64,000 nt of DNA, from NCBI GenBank assembly GCA_951406725.2, contig OX597824.1, positions 70,680,001 to 70,744,000 on the forward strand, written 5' to 3'. Positions within the stretch are counted from its first letter, which is position 1. Each line of letters opens with the position of its first letter. The translations under genes were made by a program, and so were the position numbers. The notes under the pieces were generated by a model. The model was not told the origin of the DNA. It saw only the letters and a list, made by a program, of their open reading frames with translations, and searched no databases. The stretch is from Octopus vulgaris (Eukaryota). This document shows, one piece after another, positions 1-14,300 of this stretch.

Positions 1-195
1 ATGAACTGCATTGTGTGTGTATAGACAGAGAGAGAGTAGGTTAATGACACTTCTATGGATGTGATTATATATATATTTACACACACACACACACACATAT
101 ATACACATACATATATATACCTATAATATACTTATATATATACATAGAGAGAGAGGGGTTAATGACAAGATTATGGATATGATTTAAATATATAT

Positions 196-230
<35 letters not shown>

Positions 231-454
231 AGAACCAACAGAAAAAGTACCATCTTTCAAATAAATACTGGAGTTGATTTGATCACTGAATACTTTTAAA
301 GTAGTACCCCAGTGTGGAACACCACCTTGAAAAAGTCCAGTAACTGAAACAGGCTAAAGTATATCTCTCTGACTATCTGTAGATAGATAATGCATGTGTA
401 TTAATTATACATTTTATATATAATCACTGTTCATCATAGTTTTAATTATATATC

Positions 455-840
455 ATCATCATCATTTAATGTCCGTTGTCCATGCTGGCATGGATTGGTT
501 GCTTTGACCAGAGCTGGAAAGCTATGTAGCTGCACCAGGCTTCAATCTGATTTGGCATGGTTTCTATGGCTGGATGCCCCTCTAAATGCCAACCAGTTTA
601 CAGTGTGTGCTGGGTGCTTTTATATAGCACTGGAAAGGTGTTTTTACATGGCACCACACAGGTGTTCTTATGTGGCGCCACACAAGCGCTTTTATATGAA
701 ACTGCCATGAGTCTTTTACACCACCAGAAGGATCGATCTTAACACTTCTGTCACGGATTACGGGTCTTCTTGAGTATGGTAAGGCACCTGGCATTTCGAC
801 CCTTTGTCATCTCATATGAAAGGTTCAGCATCCTGATGTT
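455..840 (-). mobile_element. SINE/LINE-tail repeat family D with (gat)n tail; further copies near 13230-13680, 16215-16465, 20970-21130, 28045-28200
   Basis: Shared catcatcatttaatgtcc...catgctggcatgg...ctggatgcccttcctaa sequence in several copies. Confidence 0.65.
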
Positions 841-927
841 TATGAGCATGCGTTATATAGATAGAGAAGTAGATGGTTATTCTTTTACCTGATTCATTGA
901 ACTTCAGCCATGCTGGAGCACCACTTC

Positions 928-1154
928 AATCCTTTAGCATTCAAGCTGGTCATATCAGGCCCAAATATCCTACCTGTTTTATGTTCAAACTGGCCAGATC
1001 CAGCCTCTCACATCAATCATACAATGTCATTCTAAAAGTAAACAATCACACCACTGAAATATTAAAAGCCACAAGATAATATATGCTGGATTCAAAACAG
1101 TATGGATAAGTAAGCATTAAATTTGACAGAGAAATCTGAATGCTAAAGGATTAA
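928..1154. mobile_element. piggyBac-like MITE, degenerate copy (same family as 20684-20904)
   Basis: cctttagcatt...aatgctaaagg ends; internal sequence shared with 20684-20904, ~10900-11090 and ~51120-51312. Confidence 0.6.
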
Positions 1155-1943
1155 AAGTGTTTAGTTGATCGAATCACCCCCACCCAGTATTTATCTGAAA
1201 TCTGGTACATATTCTGTTGGTTGTTTTCTTTTTGTTTTTTTTTGTTTTTTCCAGAACTGCTAGGTTATAGGGATGTAAACAAACCAGCACCACCTGCATG
1301 CTCACACACACACACACACACACACACAATGGGCTGCCACACACTCCCTGTCTATGAAATTCACTCAGAAAATATTGGATGGTTCTGGGTCTATAAGTAG
1401 AGGATGCTTGCTCAAGGTCCACACAAAGGGTCCAGAATAAATACCACAGTTCATCTTACATTATGCCCTAGTAACTTAACTAATTCGTGTGATTAGCAAT
1501 GCAAACTAAAAGAAAAACAAAAAATAAAAACACTTGTCAATTTTTCTATGCTACCACTACTCACAGTTCTACTATAATCTCAGGTTGACCAAAGCCTTGT
1601 AAGTGGGTTAGGTGGAAACTGAAAGAAGTCTATTGTGTGTGCTCGTGTCTCCTTGTCATGACATCGCATGATTGTTGTAAACGTGTTGTTCATTTCCAGT
1701 GTTTTACAAAAACATGCCTGGTCATGTAGAAATGTTACCGTGCTTGGAAACAAGAAGGGCATCCAATCTTAGAAAATCTGCCCAATTAAAATTCTCTTTT
1801 ATCTTTTACTCTTTTACTTGTTTCAGTCATTTGACTGTTGCCATGCTGGAGCACCACCTTTAGTTGAGCAAATCGACCCCAGGACTTACTCTTTGTAAGC
1901 CTAGTACTTATTCTCTTGGTCTCTTTTGCTGTGTATATATATA

Positions 1944-2160
1944 CTCTTTTACTCTTTTACTTGTTTCAGTCATTTGACTGCGGCCATGCTGGAGCACCGC
2001 CTTTAATCGAGCAACTCAACCCCAGGACTTATTCTTTGTAAGCCCAGTACTTATTCTATCGGTCTCTTTTGCCGAACTGCTAAATGACGGTGACATAACA
2101 CACTAGCATCGGTTGTCAAGCAATGTTAGGAGGACAAACACAGACACACAAACATACACG

Positions 2161-2237
<77 letters not shown>

Positions 2238-2398
2238 ATGACGGGCTTCTTTCAGTTTCCGTCTACCAAATCCATTCACAAGGCTTTGGTTGGCCTGAGG
2301 CTATAGTAGAAGACACTTGCCCAAGGTGCCACGCAGTGAGACTGAACCCGAAACCATGTGGTTGGTAAGCAAGCTACTTACCACACAGCCACTCCTGC
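1944..2398 (-). mobile_element. tRNA-derived SINE family A (internal microsatellite, agtaaaag tail); other copies ~9710-10175(-), 24916-25730(+), 32228-32615(-), 34495-34903(-), 36533-36861(+), 43106-43410(+), 52208-52583(+), 53175-53560(-), 53890-54278(-), 54765-55360(+), 60128-60640(+)
   Basis: Near-identical repeats with A/B-box-like head (tggctgtgtggtaag / gggttcagtccc), ccttgggcaagtgtctt core and repeated tail. Confidence 0.9.
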
Positions 2399-2400
2399 AC

Positions 2401-2435
<35 letters not shown>

Positions 2436-2864
2436 TACATGAAGGGCTCCCACACAGTTTCAGATTCACTTACCCAAGTCGCTACACTATGGGATTGTAC
2501 TCAGAACCTTGAGTTTGGGAAGCTAACTTCATACCACTCATCTATGCCTGTGTCCATCTCAAGACTGAAAAATAAAAGCTGGAAAGGAGAAATTGTATAA
2601 AATAGTCTTCAGTTTTCTGCTGGTATGAAATAGATGGAATAGTCACACGTGGAAAGGCCTTTGATGTTGTTAGGTCTGCTTGGTCAGACTGTGGCCTGGG
2701 GTTTAAGATCAATACCAACGCAAAAAGGCCAATCACCATTACAGTGGTGTCAACGATTTCTCACGTATGTCCAAAGTATAGAGACTGTAGATTGTGTGTG
2801 TGTGTGTGTGTGTGTGTGAGAAAGAGAGAGAGAGGGGAAAGAGGGAAGGGTGTGTGTGAGAGAG

Positions 2865-2897
<33 letters not shown>

Positions 2898-3044
2898 GTG
2901 ACTCACAGATATAATTATTGATGGAAATCCGTCAACAAAGAATTTTGTTTTCATTTCAAAAATGTTAGTTACACAAACCAACTTTGTTGTGTATATATTT
3001 GTGTGTGTATATATATATATATGTGTGTGTGTGTGTATGATATG

Positions 3045-3102
<58 letters not shown>

Positions 3103-3160
3103 ATGTATATGTATATATATAATTTGTGTGTTGATGTGTATGTATTTGTATATCTGCATT

Positions 3161-3194
<34 letters not shown>

Positions 3195-3525
3195 CGAGGG
3201 AAGAGAAAGAAAAATGAGTGAGTGAGTATTGTGTACCTATGTATTTAAAGTGTTTATGTATTTCTTGAGATGCATGTGTTTGTGTTTGCATGTGTATGTA
3301 AAAAATGGAGAATTTCCTTGCTGTCTTAATGACTGGAATGTGTGTGTGTGTGTGTGTGTATGAGAGTGAGTGTGAGTGAGTGTGTGTGTGTGTGTGTGGT
3401 TTATATTTATGGTGTTTGAAGAAAGAATTTTTCATATGCTGAAACATAAATGACATAGGAATAATGTTGAGTGTGTGTGTGTGTGTGTGTCCATGTAGCC
3501 CTGTGTCTGTCCATGTGTGTATGTA

Positions 3526-3556
<31 letters not shown>

Positions 3557-4479
3557 TGCCCTTGAATATCTTGAAAAGTCTGTCAAAACAAAACAGATCT
3601 TTCCGGTGAGGGGTGAGGGTCGGTGTGGAGACGAGGCGGGTGGAAGGAGTGGGGAGGTGGTAGTCCATCATTTCTACCTACCTACCTACCCTCCTCCTGC
3701 TCCCCTCTCTTGTGACACAACACCTGGATGATGTGACTTCAATCAGGTTCTTGAAATTTTCATTGGTTTAACTCTTTTACTGATGAGTAAGGTGTGCCAG
3801 AAGTTGGTGGGGTGTTGCGTTTGCGATGTATATGCGTCATTTACAATATATGTTATGTGCATAAGGTAAGTGTGTGTGTGTGCTGTTTGTGATGTATATG
3901 TAGTGTGTATGTATGTATATAAACAAATGAGATTTGGAGGCCACGTTTGGCCTTCTTCCTGCCTCAAGTCAATCTAATTAGCTAATCCTCCCTCCCCAAT
4001 TTGTAGCCTTTTGCATATGTTAGAAATAGTAATCAAATTATTATTATTATTATAAAGGCAGTGACCTGACAGAATCATTAGCATGCTAGACCAAAACGCT
4101 TGGCATTATTCCATCTGCCTTTACATTCCAAGTTCAAATTCCACCTATGTTGACTTAACCTTTCAGGGTCGATAAATTAAGTACCAGTGAAAGACTAGGG
4201 TTGATGTAATCGACTGTCCCCCTCCCCCAATTTCAAGCCTTGTGCCTATTGTAGAAAGGATTGTTATTGTTATTATTGTTGTGGTTGTTGTTTTTGTTAC
4301 CATTATTATTATTATCATTATTATTATTATTATTATTATGGCAAGTTGGCAGAATTGCATCGAAAAAATTCATCCCACTAGAGTTGATTGAGTTAGGTAC
4401 CAGTCAAGTATTGGCGTCAATGTAATTGACTTGCCTTTTCCTCTCAAAATTGTTGACCTTGTGCCAAAATTTTGAAAGA

Positions 4480-4532
<53 letters not shown>

Positions 4533-4971
4533 TAATATTTAAGGATTGACGTTACTCCTCCCGAAGGTAAAGGAACAATAAGATGAGTGTGACTATTATT
4601 GAATGAACGATATTTCGACACTTCATGTGTCTTCCATAAGTCCAAAATAATCATCTAAATCTACTTCATTTTGGTAATATTTAAGGATTGATGTTACTCC
4701 TACCAAAATGAAGTAGATTGAGACGATTATTTTGAACTTGTGGAAGACACACGAAGTGTCAAAATATTGTTCATTCAATAACAGTCGCACTATTATTATT
4801 ATTATTAATTCAACCAAGGTCAGCTTTGTTTTTCATCTCTTTGAGGTTGATGAAATAAGTGCCAGCTGAGCATTGGCGACAGTGTAATCTCAACTATCCC
4901 TCCCACATGCACACAAAATTTCAGACCTTGTGTCTATATTAAACAGGGATTGTTGTTGTTGTTAGTGAAGG

Positions 4972-5292
4972 TGCATGGCTCAGTGGTTAGAGCATCGAGC
5001 TTATGATCGTGAGGTTGTGAGTTTGATTCCTGGACCGGGCTGCATGTTGTGTAATCAAGACACTTTATTTCACATTGCTCCAGTTAACTCAACTGTGGAA
5101 ATGAGTTGCGACGTCACTGGTGCCAAGCTGTATCGACCTTTGCCTTTCCCTTGGATAACATCAGTGGTTTAGAAAGGGGGAGGCTGGTATGCATGGGCAA
5201 CTGCTGGCCTTCCATAAACAACCTTGCCCAGACTTGTGCCTCGGAAGGTAACTTTCTAGGTGCAATCCCATGGTTATTCATGACTGAAGGGG
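4972..5292 (+). mobile_element. tRNA-derived SINE family C; related copies ~7545-8645, 7685-8012(-), 12850-13160, 21537-21850, 31540-31825(-)
   Basis: tggctcagtggttagagc A box, gagtttgattcc B box, shared caagacactttatttcacattgctccag body. Confidence 0.8.
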
Positions 5293-5596
5293 GATGGGTC
5301 TCCCTCCCCATCATCATTATTATTATTTACAGTTTCTTTTCATTATAACTTTATTTCAGCTGTCTTAGTACCGGGGGTTCCTGTGGAGGCCAAAAGTAGC
5401 AAGGGCTACTTTGTTTTGCTTATGCATGCTAAAATTATCACCAGATTTATTCCGTTTTAGATGGAGACTGCTTTCCATAGTATATGGGCTGTATCCATCA
5501 AAGTTATCTTCTGTAGTTCACAGAGATTGGAGTTACCAGGGAGTTACTTAATATACTTCTCAGCTCCCTTCTATATCATTCTCAACACACCAATTA

Positions 5597-5640
<44 letters not shown>

Positions 5641-8116
5641 GTTATTATTGTTGTTGTTGTTATTCAGCATCAGTCTTTCAATAGTAAAATGCTCATCTGT
5701 CATGTAGGCACCCCAGGTTCATTTCCCAGCTGATGCAAGTCACTTATGGCAGCAAGCTGGTGGAATTGTTGGCACATTGGACAAAATGTTTAGCAGCTTT
5801 TCTTCTAGCTTTACTTCCTGAGTTCAAATTCCACCAAGGCTGACTTTGCCTTTCAGCATTTTGGGATCAATAAAAATAAGTACCAGTTGAGTCCTGGGGT
5901 CTATGTAATTGACTAGACTCTCCTTCTAAAATTTGGAAAATAACAGAAAGGATTATTGTTATTATCATTTAGGCAGTGAACTGGTAGAATTGTTAGGGCA
6001 TTTCTTCTGAGTTCTAATTCTGCTGAGGTCAGCTTCACTTTTTGCCCCCATGGGCTCGTTAAAATAAGTACCAGTCAGGTACTGAAGTTGATGTAATCAA
6101 CAAATCCTTCCCTTCACACCCCCAATTTCTGGCCTTGTGCCAACATTTAAAATGCTTATTACCTCATATTATCAATATTTGGTAAACTTGATGGCACAGC
6201 TACCCAAGACATTATTGAAATTGTAGCAATTTGAGGAATCATTATGAGCAAAAACATTAATCAACTGGTAGCAGAAATGGTACAAATCCAGGTTAAATGT
6301 TTCCTAATGTTTAGATTTATCTAATTTATTTAATCGCCTCCACATTCTAGGTTTACATTGGCCATGGAATTCTGGAATTCTAGCTGTCACTAGAAACTAC
6401 AGATTTTTATCTGTAGTGGAGAAGTAGGGCTGGTAGAAAAAATGGTGATTCACTTAAAAAAAGTATCATCTACAACAGCAAAATTCCAAGCCAAAAAAGG
6501 ACTTCCTAAACTAAACACTAACAGCTTTTTATAATGGCTCACTTTTGATGCTGGTGGTGGGGATTGGGGTTGTAAATTTCACCCATGTCCCACATGTATA
6601 CCAAAACAGTGTGGCCTAGTGGTTAGGGTGCTGCAATGCTCATTATCATAACATTGTGGTTTCGATTCCTGGATTGGGCAGTAAGTTCTGTTCTTGTTGA
6701 GCAAAACAATTTGTTTCATGCTGCTTCACCCCCACCGCCCCCACCTGTAAATGATTTCCTGCAATAGCTGGGAAGTTATCCTTGCAACAGACTGGCATCC
6801 TATTCAGTGGGGGGTGTTTTAACCTCAATCATTTATATGCCATAAGGCTTATGACAAACCTAAGTCTAAGTCACACCTACATCATATCTTACATGTAATA
6901 ATATCTCTGTGTTTCGGCCCATCATCAACATAATCACATCATTGAAACAAGCAGACCTGCACTGAAGTAAGGTAAACATAAGTAAAGAAGATTTATAAAT
7001 GCAGCACAATTATGTTCTCTTAAGTTTACCTTGACAAAGGGCCAACTTGTCTAAAGTATCAATATTATTTACTTTTACTTCAGTGTAGTAATGCGGACTT
7101 CTTTTTATGGGTAAATTAAAGGTGTTTTAACCATGACATTGTGTATCTAGAACTACATTGCTGCATTATGCCATGTGCTGGTTTTGGGGGGTTTTTCTTT
7201 GTTTTTGTTTTTTTTTTTGGGGGGGGGCTTTTTTTAAAGACTATTCACACTGAAACTCCTTTCATTGTTGTTAATGTTTAGTCCCTTAACATTCCTGATT
7301 AATCAGAGATAGGATCGATGGTGTTTCACCCATCACTATCCATCAGTATTTCGGACACAGTCTATCAATGTCAAAGGCTACATAATCCAGTGTGTCCTTC
7401 CTTTTCTTAGACAATACAGTGTGATTAGAAAGATTTGGTTGCTATTGCTATCAGAAAAACAACCACATGAATGATCACTCTGCTTTTTGATGATACCAGT
7501 GATTGTGAGATTATGCGGGTGTTTCTATGAGAAGTGTGAAAGCACATGGCTTGTTGGTTAGGATATTCAGTTCATGATGGTAAGATCATGAGTTCAATTC
7601 CTGGTGGCACATTGTGTCTTTAAGCAAGGCACTTTATTTCACATTGCCCCAGTCGACTCAGCTGCAGAACTGAGTAAAATAGAACCCCTTCTGTCATGAA
7701 TGGCCATGGGATTGCATGTAGAAAGTTCCCCTCCGAGGCACAAGTCCAGACATGGTTGTTTATGGAAGACCAGCAGTCATTCATGCATACCAGACCCATC
7801 TCTCTATGCCACTGATGTTATCTAAGGGAAAGGCAAAAGATCCTATACAGTTTGGCACCAGTGACATCACAATTCATTTCAGCAGCTCAGTGAACTGGAG
7901 CAACATAAAATAAAGTGTCTTGCTCAAGAAAGCAACACACAGCCCGATCCAGGAATCAAACTCATTACGTCATGATTGTGATCTCTACACTCTAACCACT
8001 GAACCATGCACCATGTACAGAAATGAGTAGTACCTGTATTTCAAAGAGCCAACCTTGTCATATTCTGTTTCACATTGAATCTCCCTCAGAACTACATTAA
8101 GGGTATACATATCTGT

Positions 8117-8533
8117 AAGGCGGAGAGCTGGCAGAAACGTTAGCATGCCAGGCGAAATGCTTAGCGGTATTTATTCTGCTGCTACGTTTTGAGTTCAAAT
8201 TCTGCTGAGGTCGACTTTGCCTTTCATCCTTTCGGGGTCGATTAAATAAGTACCAGTTACTCACTGGGGTCGAAATAATCGACTTAATCCATTTGTCTGT
8301 CCTTATTTGTCCTCTCTGTGTTTAGCCCCTTGCGGGTAGTAAAGAAATAGGTATTTCGTCTGCCGTTACGTTCTGAGTTCAAATTCCGCCGAGGTCAACT
8401 TTGCCTTTCATCCTTTCGGGGTCGATTAAATAAGTACCAGTTACTCACTGGGGTCGATATAATCGACTTAATCCGTTTGTCTGTCCTTATTTGTCCTCTC
8501 TGTGTTTAGCCCCTTGTGGGTAGTAAAGAAATA
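8117..8533 (+). mobile_element. tRNA-derived SINE family B, partial tandem dimer with 15-bp TSD; many other copies (12590, 13365, 16814, 17306, 22500-24850, 37485, 41400(-), 42106, 50892, 54849(-))
   Basis: gagctggcagaa..gttagc / gagttcaaattcc head, gcctttcatcctttcggggtcgataaa core; TSD ggtatacat(a/g)tctgt at 8102-8116 and 8534-8548. Confidence 0.9.
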
Positions 8534-8734
8534 GGTATACATGTCTGTGAAGTGCTCAACCGCCTGCATGTTAATCCCACGAGTAGGCTGTTCTGTTGAT
8601 CAGATCATCTGTAACACTTGTCATCATAACCGATGGAGCACCAGTTAGTGTGAGAAGTGTATATGGTAATGTGAAGAAGTCAAACCTTTCCTCCATTTAT
8701 ACTAATTCTTTCTCTCTTTCTCTTTATATTTCAG

Positions 8735-8809
8735 TTGACGACTTCCATATTGTTCTGACTCCACATTTTGCAGAATCTGTTACTGAAGGCGACATTGTCT
8801 GGGTCAAAG
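8735..8809 (+). CDS. DLST: DLST exon, start of lipoyl domain ([24 protein letters not shown])
   Basis: Polypyrimidine tract + tttcag acceptor; AAG|gtgaag donor; 75 bp, phase 1 to 1. Confidence 0.95.
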
Positions 8810-9836
8810 GTGAAGATGTTCTTCTGACCGATATTTGCTTATATTGTTCATTAATGTTTGTGCTTTCTCGTATATATTGCTGTATGTGAGTGTGTTGGCA
8901 TATGCACATGTGTCAGCGTTTGTGTTTATGTATGCGTGTGTTTTTCTTTTTTGATTAAACAAACTTCATCTCTAGAACCATCATTAATGTAACAATTTAA
9001 AATCACATTCTCTCGCTCTCTCTCTTTATATATATATATATGTATATATATATGTATATATATATATATGTATGTATATATATACACATATATATCTGTG
9101 TGACTCCCTCTCTTTACTTATCTTTCCACATTTTCCTTTTCCTCCTCCCCCTCTGTATCTATCTACCTATCTATCTTTCTCTCTTTATCCATCTTTCTGT
9201 ATTTTCCTCTTCCTCTCTCTCCATGTGTATCTTTCTCTTTCTCTCTCTTGTTATTTTTCCTTCCCACTCTCTTTCTCTCTTTCTCTCTCTCACACACACA
9301 CATACACTCGCACACACATGCAAAAGCTGTGTCAAACACTTATGCTGGACAATAAAAAAAATATACACTAAAAACAAAATTAGTTACCAGTGGAAAAATT
9401 TAGTTGTTAAATTAATAAATTTCTTGGGGAGAAAATATTTTTCCATAGATTTTTTTGGGGCTTTTTAATTCATTTAAAAATGTACCTTTTCTCTGAAACT
9501 TTCTTCTTACCATATTACTTTATGTATCTTTTTCAATATTGATTAAAGTAATCGATACTGATTAAAGCAGTCAATGACCTAGACTGTTTCTTTTTTCTTT
9601 CTTTCTTTTTTTTGGCATTTTATATTGATTTTCTTGTCTTTTAACAGCAATTGGTGATTCAGTGGCTGTTGATGATGTCGTTGCTGAAATCGAGACTGAC
9701 AAGGTATCTTTTATCTTTTACTTGTTTCAGTCATTAGACTGTGGCCATGCTGGGGCACCGCCTTGAAGAATGTTTTAGCTGAATGGGTGTCTTTGATTCG
9801 CTTGTGTTTTATTTTGTTCTGGTTGCCTAGTACACC

Positions 9837-9871
<35 letters not shown>

Positions 9872-11298
9872 TTTTATGTTTAAATTGATCCCTGTACTTA
9901 TTATTTTTTTTAAAACCTGATACTTTTATTGATCTCTTTTGCTGAACTGCTAAGTTACAGGAAGGTAAACACATCTTCACCAGTTGTCAAGCATTGTTGA
10001 GGGACACACATGCGCACACACACACACATGTGATGAGGCTTCTTTCAGTTTCTTTCTACCAAATCCACTCACAAGGCTATAGTAGAAGACAAGCACCCAA
10101 GGTGCCATGCAGTGGGACTGACCTTGGAACCATGCAGTTAGGAAGCAAGCTTCTTACCACACAACCACGCCTGCGGAATAATCCAGAGTTTAAACATAAA
10201 ACTGACACACACACACACTCACACAGTAGGTGTACTAGGCAACCAGAACAAAATAAAACACAAGCGAATCAAAGACACCCAAATGGTTTAACAAAAGAAA
10301 CAGGCCATTCTGCAGCTGCAGAAGTAAGTACATGCCAGGATCAGACGGTCTCAAAACATCCCCATTGGCCACCTGTATCAATCCCTTTGCAACATAGGGC
10401 TACCTTTCTCACACACAACGATTCTCTTAGTGTAACTGTCCAAGGAGTTCTAATCAGGAGAACTAGGTGCCCATATGTTGGTAGTGGTCATATAATTACA
10501 TGGGTCTCACAGAGCTTGCTGGACATGAACTGCCTTCTCCTCATCATATAAGATTTATACCTGATGTTCTCATGTAGTACATGTCTGATAGTGGAATCAA
10601 CCACCTTAAGATGATCAGCGATGGCCCTTATCAATCTGCTGGAATTGTCCTTGAAGACACCTTAGACTTGTTAGATGACTTCAACCATACTGATGATGTC
10701 TGACATTAAGGTTTCTTGTCCTTGGTCACAGGTGACATTTCCCTGCAAGAGGCCTTCAGCTCTTCCCTGGCTCTGAACACAAAAGAGCCCAACCATGTTC
10801 AAGAAGCTGGTGATATCTCAAGTCAGTGTGACAAGTGGTTAAAGTAATGAACTTGGTGTATGAGTGAACTTTTCATTTGTTGTGTCAAATTGGAATCTGC
10901 CACCTTGAGGCTGGCCTTGTGCCTAGAGTAGAAAAGATTATTTTGTAGGTCTGAGAATTTGATGATGTGATTGTTTATTTTTAGAATGACACTGTAGGGT
11001 AGGTATAAGATGTTGGATCTGGCCAGTTTGAACATAAAAGAGGCAGAATATTTTGGCTGGATACGATCAGTCTAAATGCTAAAAGGTTAAACCAAATAGT
11101 GGTAAATTTTTTCAATGTTGCTTGTTTATTATTCCTAGTCCATTGCATTATACATCTGTCTACTTCATTTGCAGACAACCATCCCAGTGCCATCACCTGT
11201 GGCAGGCGTCATTGAAGAATTTTTCGTTGAGGATGGTGAAAAAGTGGAAGCTGAACAGAAATTGTTTAAACTTAAACTTTCAGGCAAGCATACCATTT

Positions 11299-11343
<45 letters not shown>

Positions 11344-14300
11344 ATATATATATATATATGCTGAAAAGGGATGATGTATAAAACAATAAAAATATATATG
11401 TATACATGGTAATTTATAATAGGTCATTAAACTAATTCCAACCTGATATAACATTGTAATAAATCCAATGTACTTGTATTTAAATCAGCAACAGTTTATA
11501 GCTAGCACAGACTGTTGTATTCCTGATGGTCTGGGATGTTCATTTGGGCTAGAAACATCATCATCCTCATTTAAGATTGCTTTAAATTTAATTTTAACTA
11601 ATTTATACTAATTAGGTATCTTAATTACATAACCATAGAATTAATAATGTTTATTCCTAATGAAACAGCTGTTGAAAGTAATTATATTATGGTCTATCTG
11701 TGAAATTTATGCTTTTCCTGTTTTTATTATTGTGTATATATCATTGCTATTCTGTTAAACTGTCGTATGTCCAAATTTGACCAAATGCGTTTTTTTCGAT
11801 ATTTATTTTTGCTTGGGGTATGGCAAAATGTTGAATCTCATAATCACATGCCTCTATTAGCATTGACTCTTATCACCACATATTTCCTAAATGGTGACTC
11901 TTATCACCAACTATTTCTTAAATGTTGACTCTTATAACCACGTGCTTCTGTTAATGTTGACAATTTTAACCAATATGCCTCTGTTAATATTGATTCCCCT
12001 AGAATATTTAGTTTTGCTCACCTTTAAAAACTTGTCCAAATTCAAATCCTATAGGAGCAAATGCCCATCTCTTCTGATGTTTGAGAAAACATATTGCTCT
12101 ACCAGTCATATATTGGGGATGAAAACAATTCAGTAAACTGCAAATTCCTCTTCAGATTTGTGGGCTTGGTAGCAACTTATTTTTCCCTTTTTTTTTTTAT
12201 AAAAAAAATTCATTATTCTTAAATTACTTTTAATTAATTTGTTTTATTTTACAGCTGGTGGAGCTGCACCAAGTGCTGCTGCAGCACCGGCGCCACCACC
12301 TGCCGCTGCTGCTGCCGAGACTTCACCACCACCACCACCACCTCCACCAGCTGCAGCGGCTGCTGGACCTATACCAAGCACACCACCACCAGTGACTCCT
12401 CTCCCCTCAAAGCCAATGGCTACTACTCCACCATCTACCGTGCAACTGCCGAAGCCTGCCACAGCCGCTGCTGCTGCTGTTCCGGCTGTCGCTTCAGCCC
12501 CAAATGCTAGAACTGAACAGCGGGTAATTGTTTATTGTTGTGTTTAGTGTGTGTGTGTGTATGTATGTGTGTGTATATATATATACAATGGGAGCTGGCA
12601 GAGTTGTTAGTACGCAGGGCGAAATGTTTAGCAGTATTTTTCCCATTGTTACGTTCTGAGTTCAAATTCCGCCGAGGTCAACTTTCCCTTCATCCTTTCG
12701 AGGTTGATTAAATTAGTACCAGTTACGCACTGGGGTCAATATAATCGACTTAATCCATTTGTCTGGCCTTGTTTGTCTCTCTGTGTTTAGCCCCTTGTGG
12801 GTAGTAAAGAAATAGTATATATATATATATATATATATGTTGTTCAGGCACATGGCTTAGTGGTTAGGGTATTCAGCTCATGATCATAAGGTCATGAGTT
12901 CAATTCTTGGTGACCTGTTGTGCCCTTCAGCAAGGCACTTTATTTCACGTTGTTCCAGCCCACACAGCTGGCAAAAATGAGTAGAACCTGTAATTCAAAA
13001 GGGCTAGCCTTGCCACATTCTGTGTCACGCTAAATCTCCCTGAGAACTATGTTAAGGGTACATGTGTCTGTGAGGGTACTCAGCCACGTGCACCTTAATT
13101 TCATAAGCAGGCTGTTCCATTGATCAGACAAATTGGAACCCTTGTCATCATAACCAACACAATGGCAGTTTTTTTTTATATGTGTGCCAGTGGGTTTGTG
13201 CATGTCTTTGTATTTCTCTGTATGTGTATCATCATCATCATCATCATTTAACATTCCTGGACGGTTTGACTGGGCTGGCACGCTGGAAGGCTATGCCAGG
13301 ATCCAGTCTGATTTGGCATGGTTTTCTATGGCTTGCCATTCCTAACACCAGTCACTCCAAAGGTATAGGTGGTGAGCTGGCAGAAACGTTAGCGTGCCGG
13401 GCGAAATGCAATGCCGTATTTCTTCTTCCACTACATTCTGAGTTCAAATTCTGCCGAGGTCAACTTTGCCTTTCATCCTTTCGGGGTCAATAAATTAATT
13501 ACCAGTTATGCACTGGGTCGATATAAGTGACTTAATCTGTTTGTTTGTCCTCTCTGTGTGTAGCCCCTTGTGGGTAGTAAAGAAATAGGTATAATGGGTG
13601 CTTTTATGTGCCACCAGCATGGGTGCCATTTGCATGACACCGGTATCTGTCATGACTGAAATTTGCCTCTGTGAAGCCCAACACTCAGAAGAAGCTTGGC
13701 CACTTTGCCTGTATGTATGTGAATATGTTTGTATATTTCTATATATTATGTATGGTGGAGGGAGGGGCTATAAAATTCCTTGCTTTAGTTAAAAGAAAAT
13801 ACAGGAGGATCAGTTAATTATGATTTTATTTAACATATTCCTCTCTCAGATTCACACACTTATTACAGTGGTCCCTCAGTTTTTCTAACCCCTGTAAAAG
13901 GACTCCGAAGTTTGGGCCTCCAACCAGGCTTTTCATGATACCCTTAAAGTCAAGAACTTTTCAGCATCTCCTTGTATGTCATGCACATGTGAGATTAGTA
14001 TCAGGGACATTGTGTGTATCTTGGTTTTTGAGGAGGCACTCTATGTCCCTATATGTCAAAAGAGGCAACTAAAATGGGTTGGTAAAGGCACCCGACCATG
14101 AAACAGCTGTCTCAGGTTATCCATCCAACACATGGCTAGCATGAAAGAGCAGTTGTGAGATAACAACAATAATTATGATGATGATGATGGTAATGATGAT
14201 GTGAATCTATTTGTGCATGTCGCTGTATGTGTTTGTACATTAATGTGTTTGTGTCAGTGTGATTGCTTCTGTATGTTTGTGCTCACATTTGAAAGTTGAA

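Noticed and set aside
5360-5510. Possible upstream DLST exons after tttcag and ttttag acceptors
   Set aside because: No convincing donor and no transit-peptide-like translation in a compatible phase.
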